A stretch of 64,000 nt of DNA from Octopus bimaculoides (lineage: Eukaryota). Of this stretch, positions 37,132 to 50,074 are shown in pieces. Under the pieces are notes generated by a model, which worked only from the letters and a program-made list of their open reading frames with translations, was not told where the DNA came from and made no database searches. The DNA lies in contig NC_068982.1 in assembly GCF_001194135.2 (NCBI RefSeq), positions 33,860,833 to 33,924,832 of the forward strand, in the 5' to 3' direction. Positions within the stretch are counted from its first letter, which is position 1. Every line of letters begins with the position of its first letter. A program made the translations under genes and the position numbers.

Positions 37132-37767
37132 GTTCATCAGAGTGGCTCTGGCTGGTCACCAGTTTACGTATCGGATAATCTTGCAATTATGTCAGTTGGA
37201 TTTCTTCTAGCAAGTCTAAATGATGCTGTCATATGGAGAGGTCCAAGAAAGAATGGTCTGATTAAACAGTTTCTGAAAGATGTCGACTGGGGAGATTTGG
37301 ATTACCTCATCATTGATACACCACCTGGTACTTCAGATGAACATCTATCGTTAGTTCAATATATTGGTGCAACAAAGATCGATGGAGCAATTATCATTAC
37401 TACACCACAGGAAATTTCTTTGCAGGATGTTAGGAAGGAAATCAATTTCTGTGAGAAAGTAAAACTTCCTATAATTGGTGTAATTGAAAATATGAGTGGC
37501 TTTGTTTGCCCACACTGCAAAACTGAGTCTGAGATATTTCCTGCAACAACTGGTGGGGCTGAAAAAATGGCAAAAGATTTATCTCTACCATTCCTTGGCA
37601 AGCTACCCTTAGATCCGAGAATTGCAAAAGCATGTGATGAAGGCAAGTCATTCTTAGAAGAAATACCTGATAGCCCAGCAGCCCAAATATTCCAGAAGAT
37701 TATAAAAGCTATAGAATGTCACTGTGAGTCTAAAAGAGACAGTAATGACTGTGGTGATAATAAATAA
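37132..37767 (+). CDS. NUBP1: NUBP1/Nbp35, exon 2
   Basis: Acceptor ttattccttag|GTT. Encodes [26 protein letters not shown]...[12 protein letters not shown]...TTPQE...[11 protein letters not shown]...*. The spliced product is 324 aa. Confidence 0.95.
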   Translation, partial: VHQSGSGWSPVYVSDNLAIMSVGFLLASLNDAVIWRGPRKNGLIKQFLKDVDWGDLDYLIIDTPPGTSDEHLSLVQYIGATKIDGAIIITTPQEISLQDVRKEINFCEKVKLPIIGVIENMSGFVCPHCKTESEIFPATTGGAEKMAKDLSLPFLGKLPLDPRIAKACDEGKSFLEEIPDSPAAQIFQKIIKAIECHCESKRDSNDCGDNK

Positions 37768-39898
37768 TGCAAAAATATCATTTCTTGAAAGAAAAAAAAA
37801 TTTAAAATTTTTTCTAAAATACAGAGATTTATCTTATTTTAAATTTTTGTCCTTGTTTTGATAAATATTTTTCTATTAAAAAAGTATCTTTTGAAACTGA
37901 TTGATGATAACACTGCTTCTAATACTACATTATTCAATGAAGTCTTAGTGTGGTTTAAGGGAAATTGGTTGCCATTTCTAGCAGGTTGAACTACAGAGAA
38001 GCTTTATTGTTGACTCATCCATAAATACATTACAAGACAAGAAAATTGCAGCAGAGCTGTGTGATAGTGGTTTCAGCTGTGGCATGCAGACCATCTTAGA
38101 ACTTGTTTGACATTACATTATCTTTCTCTTCTGTTTTACAAATTCTATGGGCACATGCACAATGTGTGTTCATACTTCTATTTCCAGTTCCTACTCAAAA
38201 CTGTTTACAAATCACAACCCTGCGATTGTGAAGTACACTTCATGCTCCAATGGTTGTGAAATAAGTTATGACTTTGATAAAAAATGCTGATATCTTTATA
38301 TTAATAGTTAACAGTATATTTGTTCTTTGGTTTATGAGATATTGTCATTATCATAATTTTACATGCGTTCCATGCTGATATGGAGTTGAACTGATTGCCA
38401 TGGTCCAAGCCAGTTCTTTTTCAGAATTACTGCCACTTTAGATGGGTTGGCAGACAACATATCTCTTGCAAGTCTTGGTCTTTATTTTTTACTTGCTTCT
38501 GTCAGTGAACTGTGGCCATGCTGGGGTACTGCCTTGAAGAAATTTAGTCAAACCTGTTGACCCCAGTACTTACTTTTTTGTACAGCCTTGTACTTATTCT
38601 AACAGTCCCTTTTGCTGAATTGCTAAGTTACAGGGATGCAAACACACCAACACTAGTTGTTAAGCAGTGGTGGGACACACACACATATATGATGGGCTTC
38701 TTTCAGTTTCTAACAAATTCACTCACAAGGCTTTGGTCAGCCTGAGCCTGTAGTAGTAGTCACTTGCCCAAGGTGTCACACAGTGGGACTGAACCCAGAA
38801 CCATGTAGTTGGGAAGCCAACTTCTTACCACTCAGCCATGCCTGCACTTTAGTATTCATAGCAGGGTGCTCCTAACATGAAACGCTTTACAAGCCATTTA
38901 ATCATGGCACCAGTACTAGAGAAGTCGTCATGCCCTTAGCAAGACTAACAAGTCCTGTCAACTCTATGCTTTATTTGTTGTCAACCACTTTACAAGATGT
39001 ATTAGGTGTCAGCACTTGTGAGGTTGCCTTATACCCTCAAGGCTAAAGAGCACCCACTGTTCCAGGAAGGAGAATAGAAATGAGGTTTATGGCAGTAGCT
39101 GAGCCTAGCACAAGAGATAGTTAAAGTGAAAGTATGATGCAATGAAAAGAAATGTGTAAGAGGTAGGAGGAGGAAAGTGGAAGAGAAGCATCAGTGCTGT
39201 GTTGCCAGGGTTGTAATTATGTTCAATAAAGAAATGAAGAGAAAATGTTTTTATGACAATTTATTAAACTTTTTACTTAAAGCATTTGTTAATGGTAAAT
39301 TACACCATTAATAAAAATAGCCAACCATAATCAGGAAAGTGCATTGTCACTTGTAGGAAAGCTCAAGCAAATAGCTTCAGTTATTGATTCATTTGTAAGT
39401 TGATCAGTGACTGTTTTCAGTCTTTCAAAACATCATTGATATCCAAATCAGTGAGAAGTAAGAAATTCAAGAACTGTGATAGAAAAGCAGTTTATTTGAA
39501 AAGTAAAAAAAAAAAAAGAAATATTCTAATAAATATAGTAAATGATTGTTACTACTTCAAATTCGTAACATTTCCATGCTTAGAATAAATCACTTTAAAG
39601 TATGTAATGAATGAAATACAGCGTGAATCTTTTATTGGTTTGTCTGCCTACAATTTTAAGATATTTTATTTTTTCTGTTAACTGAAATTTTTATTGAGAA
39701 ACACAAGAATACTGAAAAAAATTGGAAAAATAATTTGTTGCATGTTTAATTTCTCACTCATTCTCTTTAATTTCTAGCATATCACAATAAATGGCCAGCA
39801 TTTTCCTCTGTTTCTTTCATCAGTGAAAGCTTAAAAAAAAGGAGAGACCAAGCCATCAATGCTCAGTTATTTTAGTAAACATATATCTTTGCTCCTTA

Positions 39899-39985
39899 TC
39901 ATAAACCTAACATTTCTTTGGCAGCAGCACAGGCCACTTCAGCTTGAGTGTACTCTTCTGCAGATTTCAAATCAGATTCGCTTGC
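39899..39985 (-). CDS. TBCA: Tubulin-specific chaperone A, exon 4
   Basis: Acceptor tttttgcag|GCA. Encodes ASESDLKSAEEYTQAEVACAAAKEMLGL*. Confidence 0.9.
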   Translation of the reverse strand, partial: ASESDLKSAEEYTQAEVACAAAKEMLGL

Positions 39986-40591
39986 CTGCAAAAACAAAAA
40001 TGATTCATAATAATTTTTTCCTCCAAGAATTCATGATAACAAGTGAATTAAGTTAGTCCCGTCACAATCTACAAGGAATCTAATGTACTACCTGGCTTCT
40101 CTAGCAGCAAGCAACTAACAAAATAATTCGAATAAAACATAGTTGCTTCTGCTAGAATATGAAGTCACTGCAAAGAGTAGGTCAACAGCAGCCAATAGTC
40201 TAATACAGTTATCCACTTAGCTTCTACATTTCAGATTCCTTATGAAATATTGAGGTGTGATAAAAATATATTTATAAAGAATAGCTTTTATTATGTAATT
40301 GAAGATGCTTTAGACCAATTTTAAAATATAATTCTCCAATATGTCCACAAGTATTTTACTACATATAATACATCATTGTACTTTGTATTTAGTAAGATAT
40401 TTGAATGTGGTTACATTTGAGATTTGCCTTCACAGTTACTTTAAATTTATTCAATAAATGTTTCACATACACTGAATAACCATTACATTTGTATGATGAC
40501 AAGAATAAAGCTGACATACTTTGTCTTGTGACACCGGTTTCTGCTGCATTCTGAACTAGCTTTAAATTTAAGAATTATGGTTTGTATGTAA

Positions 40592-40806
40592 CCCATTAGA
40601 ATTTAAATTGGGCATATCCAGCCCAAATATTCAACCTTGTTTTACACTCAAACTAGCTAGATTCAGCCTCTCACACCTACCCTTCAATGTCCTTCTAAAA
40701 ATAAACTAAATTATCAAAACCTCAGCTAAAAATAATGCCTGAGTAATTCAAAACAATGTGAATAGATAGGCATTACATTTGACAAAGTAATCAGAATGCT
40801 AAAGGG
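40592..40806. mobile_element. piggyBac-like MITE in TBCA intron 3
   Basis: CCCATTAGAATT ... AATGCTAAAGGG|TTAA. Homologous to 19171-19392. Confidence 0.7.
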
Positions 40807-40984
40807 TTAAAAATATATTCTGTGACTGCTTTTCAATGACTGGACCTTCTCTTCAAAATTAGAAATCGTGTTGTGTCAAATGTTTTGCAATATTTTGCTA
40901 ACTTATTTGCTTTATTCATTAAGTTAACAAAAGCAGCTTAGCATTCAAAGTTCTGATTCAGGACTCACTCCCTGCACTCATGAC

Positions 40985-41115
40985 ATTTCACCAACTGAGA
41001 GGAGGTGGAAGCTTCAGTGAAGGAGTTCTTTGCCTCGACGGACGAGAACTGGTATCAGCATATGATCAAAGAACTGGCAGAAAAGTGTCTTCAGACAGTG
41101 TAACACAATGGTGAC
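40985..41115 (+). mobile_element. mariner transposase C-terminal relic
   Basis: Reads EEVEASVKEFFASTDENWYQHMIKELAEKCLQTV*HNGD. Confidence 0.6.
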
Positions 41116-41690
41116 CATAACTGATTGGCATAAAATCTATCAAATATATGCACCAGCCCCTACATAACTCTGTTATATTACTACAATAATGGCCTTTTCT
41201 CCTAACTAATAGACAAAAACCTAATGCCTAGGAGCTAACCAAACTCATGCCAACCTCCTATTCAGGTATTTCTGATCCTCTAGTCACCCTTATTGTGTCT
41301 AACCTTCCGATCCTTACTTCCTCAGAACATCATCCCCTTGGAATTCCCTCCTTGTTAATGTCTTACCCATAAATGGTGATTCACAATAATTCAAGAGGAA
41401 AATTAGTGACATCAATCTCAGTAGTCTAGGTCATGGATACTGTCCCTTCCTCCACACCCAGCAAGAAAAAAAAAAGTAATTTGTCTCTGGGTTTTTTAAC
41501 CCAACAGTTTAACACTTGTTTCTTGGGTCTAACAGTTGCTTCTTGTTAAAGTTTGTCATCAGTTGGTCTACTGAAAATTTTATTTTAATTTTTAGTCACT
41601 TCTAACTGCAATGTTTTAAACCACTTCAACTTTTATGATGGTTCAGAAGTAATAAGATTAAGATTAAAACCATTTGTTCTTAAAACTCAC

Positions 41691-41777
41691 CAATAAATTC
41701 ACAAGATCAGAATAAGCTGTGTTTAATCTTTTTAGGCAGTCAGGAACCATAGCTTTAGACTCTTGAAGAACTTCTCC
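41691..41777 (-). CDS. TBCA: Tubulin-specific chaperone A, exon 3
   Basis: tttttag|GGA ... TTG|gtgagt. Encodes GEVLQESKAMVPDCLKRLNTAYSDLVNLL (87 nt). Confidence 0.93.
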
Positions 41778-42833
41778 CTAAAAAACATTGGTAATATACA
41801 CATGCTAAATCAAGGCAGTTATTTTAAAGCAATTACAAAAAACATTTACTGATAGGAAGACTTAATATTGAAAGTAGAAGAAAATTTATAAAAATTCATT
41901 TTGACTGTCATTCCTGGGTAGAGCCCTCATAGAATTACTTTCAGAAGCAACTACATATGTATACACACACACACAACACACATGCTGCCTGTATATGTGT
42001 ATATATACATCTATAAAGAATTTAAGTTCAAAATATGTATACCACTGAATGACCACATGGTTAGAGAATTCATTAATTAATTTACAACATTTAAAAAAAC
42101 GACGTATATTTTATACTGAGCATTTGTAATTATAGCAATGCAAATCTATCATAAGCACTATATACATATCCAGTTCTACCTATCCTACAGCTCTTTCATA
42201 GACAAACTTCAAGCAACTTGCATACATTTGTTTGTTTAATGTGTTTTTCAGTGCCAGTATGTGTTTAGACAGTGTTATTTGAAACAGGATTCTACAATTG
42301 GATATTCTTCCTATGACTAACTCTTACCTGTTTTCAAGCAAAAGATTTTTTATTCCAGAGGTTTTCTGAAGAATGTCAACAAAGAATGTCCCACAAAACA
42401 TGGAATATCAACATTCACACACACACAACAGGCTGCCTACACTTTCTATCTACCAAATTCCCTGACAAGACATTGACTGGCTTGAGACTATAATAATAGA
42501 CACCTTTATCCAAAGTGCCACACAGTGGGACCAAACTTGAAACCATGTGGTTAAGAAGCATAATGTACCACTTAAGAAAAGGAAAGACATTTTTGAAAAT
42601 GCAGTCATAGATGCACTTTTTTCATTTAAAGTTTGTTCATCCATGCTAGTGTAGAGTGGACAGGGATGTATATGAGGCAAGATTTGCAGTAGGATGATTT
42701 TCTTGTTACCAACACTTAAGTCTTCAAATGTGTAGAACAACTGGTTTTAATGTCAACATTCATGCACATACGGAAGTGGATATGGATACCTATACATACA
42801 AATAAATATGTATATATGTGTACACACACACAA

Positions 42834-42868
<35 letters not shown>

Positions 42869-43982
42869 ACAAAGGCACATGGCTCAGTGGTTAGAACATC
42901 AGGCTCACAATTATGAGGTAGTGAGCTCAATTCCCAGACCAAGCTGTGTTGTGTTCTTGAACAAAGACACTTTATTTCAGATTGCTCCAGTTCACTCAGC
43001 TGTAGAAATGAGTTGTCACATCACTGGTGCCAAGCTGTATCAGTCTTTGCCTTTCTCTTGGATAACACTGGTGGCATGGAGAGGAGAGGTTGGTATGCAA
43101 GGGAAACTGTTGGTCTTCCATAAACAACCTTGCTCAGACTTATGCCTTGGAGTGGAACTTTCAAGGTGCAATCCCATGGTCATTCATGACCAAATGGGGG
43201 CCTTATCCTTCTAATACATATATCATTATCATTGTTTTATCAGTTTCAGCTCAAAGCTGTGGCCATGCTGGGAAAGTTTGCATGGGTCATCTGGAATTTG
43301 TTGAGGTAGATTGTTCTATGGCCAGATTTAATTTTCTGTTACCAACCCTCACTAGTTTCCAAGTAAGAAAATATTTCCACACATTTATTTCCATGGAAGA
43401 TTAGAAATGAAGGACACCACTTGTTTGGTAGTGACACTCATTTACAACTATCATGCAATATCAAAGCAAGGAGAATAAGGCTTTGGTCACCTCAAAGTGA
43501 GACTGAACCTGAAACAGTGTGGTTGGGAAGCAAACTTCTTACCACATAGCCATGTGACAAAAACTAAATAGGCTTCAATATTATGATATAAATTAAAGCG
43601 GTGAGCCACCAGAAACGTTAGAACACTAGGTTAAAATGCTTAGTAGCATTTTATCCATCTTTACATTCTGCTGAGGTCAGCTTTACCTTTCATTCTTTAG
43701 AGGTCGATAAAATAAGTACCAGTTGATCACTGGGATCAATATAATCAACTTATCGCTTCCCCACTAAAATTGTTGGCTTTGTGCCAAAATTTGAACTCAA
43801 TATTATGACATAGTTTGGCTTTAAAAGAGAATACAAAATATTATTAAAATAGAAGTCTCAAAAAGTTCACCTTTCATTTCAGAGGTTTCATTCTTAAAGC
43901 CAAAAAACATGGAGAAACTCTTTTCAAAGTCAGGAAAGCAAAATGTTTGAAACATGTGGTATATTATTAACATTACACTGAC

Positions 43983-44088
43983 CTGTTTTTTTATGTCATA
44001 TTCATCTTTTCCTTCATCCTTCATTTTTTGTATTCGCCTTTCTTGGTCTTCAACTTCTTTTTCATAGCTACTCTTCTCCTTTGTCAAT
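43983..44088 (-). CDS. TBCA: Tubulin-specific chaperone A, exon 2
   Basis: ctccccag|A TTG ... CAG|gtcagt. Encodes (R)LTKEKSSYEKEVEDQERRIQKMKDEGKDEYDIKKQ (106 nt). Confidence 0.95.
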
Positions 44089-47000
44089 CTGGGGAGGTAA
44101 AACATTGAGACATACATAAAGTATTTTCTTTCATATAGTTATGTGGTTAAGAAGTTTGCCTTCCAGCCACATGGTTACAGGTCCATTTCCAATGTATAAC
44201 ACCTTGGGCAAACATCTACTATAGCCCTAGGCTGACCAAAGCATTGTGTGTAGATCCAGTACACAGAAATGGGAAAGAAGCCCACTGTATATATATTTGT
44301 CTCCTTGTCTTGACATAGGCAAATAGATATAAACAAGTATGACTGTCATATAAGCAGTGTTTTTTGTTTCCAATGTCCTATGAAATCATCTCCAGTCTGG
44401 GGAAATATTACCGTATTTGGAAACAGCTGAGAGTTGACAGGAAAGCATCTTACCATTGAAAGTCTGCCACAGAAAAACTCCATCTGACCCATGCAAATAT
44501 GGAAAAGTGGACATTAAAATGATGCCAATGGTGATGATCTATCATCATGGTTTCATGTTAATGCTAACATTGGTAAGATTATCAGTAGAACTTCTACCTA
44601 GGTGTCTTAATTTTTTAAAATTCCTGTAAGATCACATATAATAACAGGACCTATGTGATTTCCCTACATTTGGCAATAGATACAACACAAATACAACTAC
44701 TGTATTATTTTTGAATCAGCAGGGTTCCTCTTTTTCTAGAACCAGAAATCTTTTTTGTTTCATATCTCTTCATTGCTTTTTACAGTCTTTTTTCTCTGTT
44801 CATCAAAATTGTTTTGTACCTAATCTTAATATATATATATAGAGGTTACTTTACTGTAGAAATATGAATATAAATTTATGTCTATGTGTTTATATACACA
44901 CAGCATCATCACCATACACGTCTTTCCCATGTTGGTATGAATCAGTCCAATTGGATCTGACAAGCCAGAGGAACACATCTTGTTCTATTATCACAATTCT
45001 AGCATAGTTCCTACATGTGGATGCCTGTCCTAACACCAACCACTTTAAAGTGTACTGCATCCATTACTTCATGGCACTAGTTCTATAGAGAGTGTCTAGC
45101 ATCCAGCAAGACCAAAGAGTCCTCTGAACTTGCATTGCATCTACTCAAGTAGCCTATCTCTTTGCAGTGTACTGGGTCCTTTTTTTTTTTTCCATAATAT
45201 CAACACTAGTAAGGTCATCTTGTAATGTGTAAGGCTAAAGAACCTCAATGCCTGAAAGTAGAATAGGAGAGAGAATGATGACTTAGGCAAGGTATCGAGA
45301 GAGAGAGAGTAAAGTATGAAGGGAGGAATAGAGATATTGTGAGAGGATGGTAGTGGAGAGTGTAACAGAGGTGATACAGAGAAGGGAAGAGAGAAGTAAT
45401 GATGATGGGGAAGGTGTTGAGTAGTAGGTAGGATCCAGCACTATCTCTCACATCATAAGATTGAATACAGGCAGAAGGTACGGGTGGAAAGGAGCGTGAA
45501 AGAGAGGAAGGGAAACTGGAGGGTATGATAGAAGCAGTGGGGAGGAGAGCAGAGGATGAATGCAGCAGCAGTATCCCAGGCAGAGAAGTTATGAGAAGAG
45601 GACAGTGAGAGTAAGAGAAATAGAGGTGAAGTGTAGCAAGAACAGTGAGAGAAAGAAAAAAAGACTGAAAAGATATGACAAAGGCAGGGGTGGTTGGAGA
45701 GCATAGGATGAATGTAATGAGAGTATCCCAAACACCATCACCTTCCTCTGTGGCATTTTTTGTGCCATGCTTGGGGTCATTATAGTGTAGTATGATGTCA
45801 ATAACTGTTGCACTCCAGTCATCTCTTCACACACACACACATAGTATCTTTTGTCTTTTACTTGTTTCAGTCATTAGACTGTGGCCATGCTGGGGAACCA
45901 CCTTGAAGAATATTTTTAATTGAGTTAATCAAACCCAGTACTTATTTTTTTAAAGCCCTGTACTTATTCTATCGGTCTCTTTTGCCAAACTGCTAAGTTA
46001 CAAGGATGTAAACACACTAACATTGGTTGTCAAGAGAATGAACAAACACAAAGACACACACACATATATATGACAGGCTTCTTTCAGTGTCTATCTGCCA
46101 AATCCACTCACAAGGCTTTGGTTGACTCAGGCTATAGTAGAAGACACTTGCCCAAGGTGTTGTGCAGTAGGTTTAAAACCAGAACCATGTGGTTGGAAAG
46201 CAAACTTCTTACCACATAGCCATGCCTGTACCTAGAGATAAAAAACACTCAAAGCTTACAGGGTAAGGAAAAGATAAACAAATAAGTAATATATGAAGTT
46301 ATAAAACTTGTTGGAAAAATGAACTGAAATAATATCAAGCAATGTGTACAATAAAAAAAAAATATGCCAGAGGAAATAAATAGATCTAACATTTCAGATT
46401 TATAGCCTTTATCAAAGAGAAAGTAAAAAAGAATGAGGGGAGGAGAAAAAGAAATAGGAACAATACCAAATTAATGATATGTGTTTATATTGTAGGCTTT
46501 ACAAGTTTTTTTCATTCTCGCTGTTTATTTTCTCTTATTCCTTTCTGTTGGAGAGCAAAGGCTCAAAACGTAAAGAGTTTTTCATTTTCCCGAGCATCAA
46601 ACTAATACACCTGCTTGCTGTTCATACACCTGTCTTTGTCTTTTGTTTTTCTATAAATTCCAACTGTACACACACAGATGGGGCTTTTATACAGTTTCTG
46701 TCTTCCAATTCTACTCACAAGGCATTGGTTGGTCCACAGCTATAGCAGAAGACACTTGTCTGAGGTAACAGAACTCAAAACCCCCAGGGATTCAAAGTGG
46801 ACTCCATATCCACATAGTCATGTCTGCATCTATATATAATATATATGAAGCTATATAGGTATACAATGAAGTAATAATAAAATAAGAGAGAGAGAGAAAG
46901 AAGGCAACTGATAGTGATGGGGTAAAGACCAAATGATATGAGTGTCTTCTACTATAAACCCCTGATTGACCAAAGCCTTGTGGATGGATTTAGTAGAAGG

Positions 47001-48924
47001 AAACTGAAAGAAACCTGTCATATATCATCGGTTAACGTCTGCCTCCCATGCTGGCATGGGTGGGATGGTTTGACAGAAGCTGGCTAGGCAGAAGCCTGCA
47101 CCAGACTTCTGTGACAGTTTTGGCAGGATTTTTACAGCTGGATACCCTTCCTAACACCAACCCCCCAGCCGAGTGGACTATATATATATATATATATNNN
47201 NNNNNNNNNNNNNNNNNNNNNNNNNNNNNNNNNNNNNNNNNNNNNNNNNNNNNNNNNNNNNNNNNNNNNNNNNNNNNNNNNNNNNNNNNNNNNNNNNNNN
47301 NNNNNNNNNNNNNNNNNNNNNNNNNNNNNNNNNNNNNNNNNNNNNNNNNNNNNNNNNNNNNNNNNNNNNNNNNNNNNNNNNNNNNNNNNNNNNNNNNNNN
47401 NNNNNNNNNNNNNNNNNNNNNNNNNNNNNNNNNNNNNNNNNNNNNNNNNNNNNNNNNNNNNNNNNNNNNNNNNNNNNNNNNNNNNNNNNNNNNNNNNNNN
47501 NNNNNNNNNNNNNNNNNNNNNNNNNNNNNNNNNNNNNNNNNNNNNNNNNNNNNNNNNNNNNNNNNNNNNNNNNNNNNNNNNNNNNNNNNNNNNNNNNNNN
47601 NNNNNNNNNNNNNNNNNNNNNNNNNNNNNNNNNNNNNNNNNNNNNNNNNNNNNNNNNNNNNNNNNNNNNNNNNNNNNNNNNNNNNNNNNNNNNNNNNNNN
47701 NNNNNNNNNNNNNNNNNNNNNNNNNNNNNNNNNNNNNNNNNNNNNNNNNNNNNNNNNNNNNNNNNNNNNNNNNNNNNNNNNNNNNNNNNNNNNNNNNNNN
47801 NNNNNNNNNNNNNNNNNNNNNNNNNNNNNNNNNNNNNNNNNNNNNNNNNNNNNNNNNNNNNNNNNNNNNNNNNNNNNNNNNNNNNNNNNNNNNNNNNNNN
47901 NNNNNNNNNNNNNNNNNNNGAACCTTCAAAGGGAGCTAACTTACACCTTATATACTACAGTAGCTGTTCATGATTTACATTTTACTATGATTACTATTTT
48001 ATATTTTTTATTATTTTTTCCAACACAATAACCAGATAAATAAAACCAACACACTTATTATTTAATAAATAAGGGGGGGGGGGAAGGTTCAGATTACATA
48101 TAGTCCGTCTCCGCCTATTTAAAAGTAATATGCAAACACTCGTATTATTATTCGATAAGTAAAGAAGTGTCTGGTGACATCATTTTCTTCTGAGTCATTG
48201 TAAAACAACTGTCTTAAATTTTTGCTGAGTGGCAGTAATGTCGAAAAGTGATAAACTCACCTGTCCGCTGGTCTAGATGAAGGAAAAGTATTCAATATGA
48301 GGAGTCAACAAGAAACCTCTATATTGGTTAAATTCCCTTCGACTCAGTCTTTAAAAAATTAAGCACACTAGACAATGCAACTATAACTGCGAAAAGATGG
48401 AATAATCATGGATTGCATATATTCGATCATAGGTTTGCTCAAACAGGGCCGACCTGGGGATAAACAATAGCAAAATCGATTGCTATCTCAGTTGTTACCC
48501 TTCCACTGCAAATAGCAACCAATTTCTCTCAGATAACACCTCGTTGTCTTGAGGGAAAGAAAAGACCAGATATTACACTAAAATACAAGATGGCCATAGT
48601 TGGAAAATCTTTTATCGATGATATGTTGGTTCAATCAAGGTTGCCATGGAGCAAAACAACAACGCTTGCCGCTGAAATTCTGAAGGAAGATGTCAAAAGA
48701 CGAAAACAATTGCATCCTATCTTTCTTAATCCTTTTAAAAATTTACAACGAAAGAGTCAACGATTTAATGTTACTTTCGTTTGTAATTGTTGATGTTTTA
48801 AATATATTTTGCATTTAATTAAACTGCAATTACACATAACAATAATAATATATAAAGAAAATATAAAAAAGCTGCATCTATATCAGAACATAATAATTAT
48901 AAAGACGGGATAAATTTTGTTTAC

Positions 48925-48977
48925 CGCTTTACAACTCCTGTCTTGATGCGAATTTGTTTAATTCGTGGATCTGCCAT
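48925..48977 (-). CDS. TBCA: Tubulin-specific chaperone A, exon 1
   Basis: Encodes MADPRIKQIRIKTGVVK(R), donor CG|gtaaac (53 nt). The four exons join in frame to 110 aa. Confidence 0.95.
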
Positions 48978-49200
48978 TTTCTTGTGATAAATTAATTATT
49001 TAACTAGAATCCAAGGAAATTTCCCTGGAATTTGATTTGTATTTACTACACGAACAATATGACACGATCACTGAATGGCACGAGGGAAAATAAGGAATTG
49101 CAGATATACGCATGCGCATAACCGGTCTTGCTACACCCAGTTCCACGGTTGGTCGAGTTGTTGGTTATCGAAGAATTTAAGTGTTTATCTTCTCTTTCAT
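48978..49200 (-). promoter_or_regulatory. TBCA proximal promoter region
   Basis: CpG retained. NRF1-type palindrome CGCATGCGCA at 49109-49118, and a YY1-like AAAATGGC overlapping the ATG. Confidence 0.5.
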
Positions 49201-50041
49201 TTGTTTCAGTCATTAGACTGCGGTCACGCTGGGGCAGTCTTGAATTTTTAGTCGAATAAATCGAGCCCAGTATTTTTTTTTTCGGTTAATGTTGACATTA
49301 TCACCAGGAAACGAAATCGAAAAAAAAAAAAAGATTAGTGCAACGGGTGTAAAAAAAAAGGTGTAAAAAAACGAATCTGAAAACAAAAACGTGCGGAGAG
49401 CAATGAGGGGGAGGGAGGCCTTCGGGAAATTCACAAGATCCAAGTTTTTCCCTCGTAACTTTGAGGAAAATGGATATCTTTTAATGAAATTGTATATAAA
49501 TACCTTTTAAACGGCATGCATTACAGATGCCTAATGGGCCTCAAACCCCTTATTTTCCTTCGGAAAAGAGGTGGGGGTGGAAACCGGAATTATTAGAAAA
49601 TGTTTTTCCTTTTTTCGATGAATGAATTACGGTGACCTAATATGCCACAAAACACTTTTTTGTCCGGAAAACGGGGGCTGTTTCTTTCTTTAAAATTTCG
49701 TTGGTATCAAAGTCTGGATAGGAGAGAGAAAGAATGATACAAAATCCTTATAAAAACCACGTTAGTGTTAGAGTGAAACAAAGCATTATATTGAAACAAA
49801 ATATCTTTTACATACCTCTTAAAAATCACTAGTTTCCAATGGGTATCCAATGTTTTCACTTTCCTTTAACAATTTTTCGTGCCGAAATTTTAATAGGGTA
49901 AACTCATAGGTTTCAATTGATGGATAAATGTAAATGTAACCCAATATTATGTAACTTATGTAGAAGATATTTGTTCCACACACAAGGATCAAACCTGGAG
50001 TCAATCTGTATATGACTAACATTTTCCTCTAAAGATTCAAG

Positions 50042-50074
<33 letters not shown>

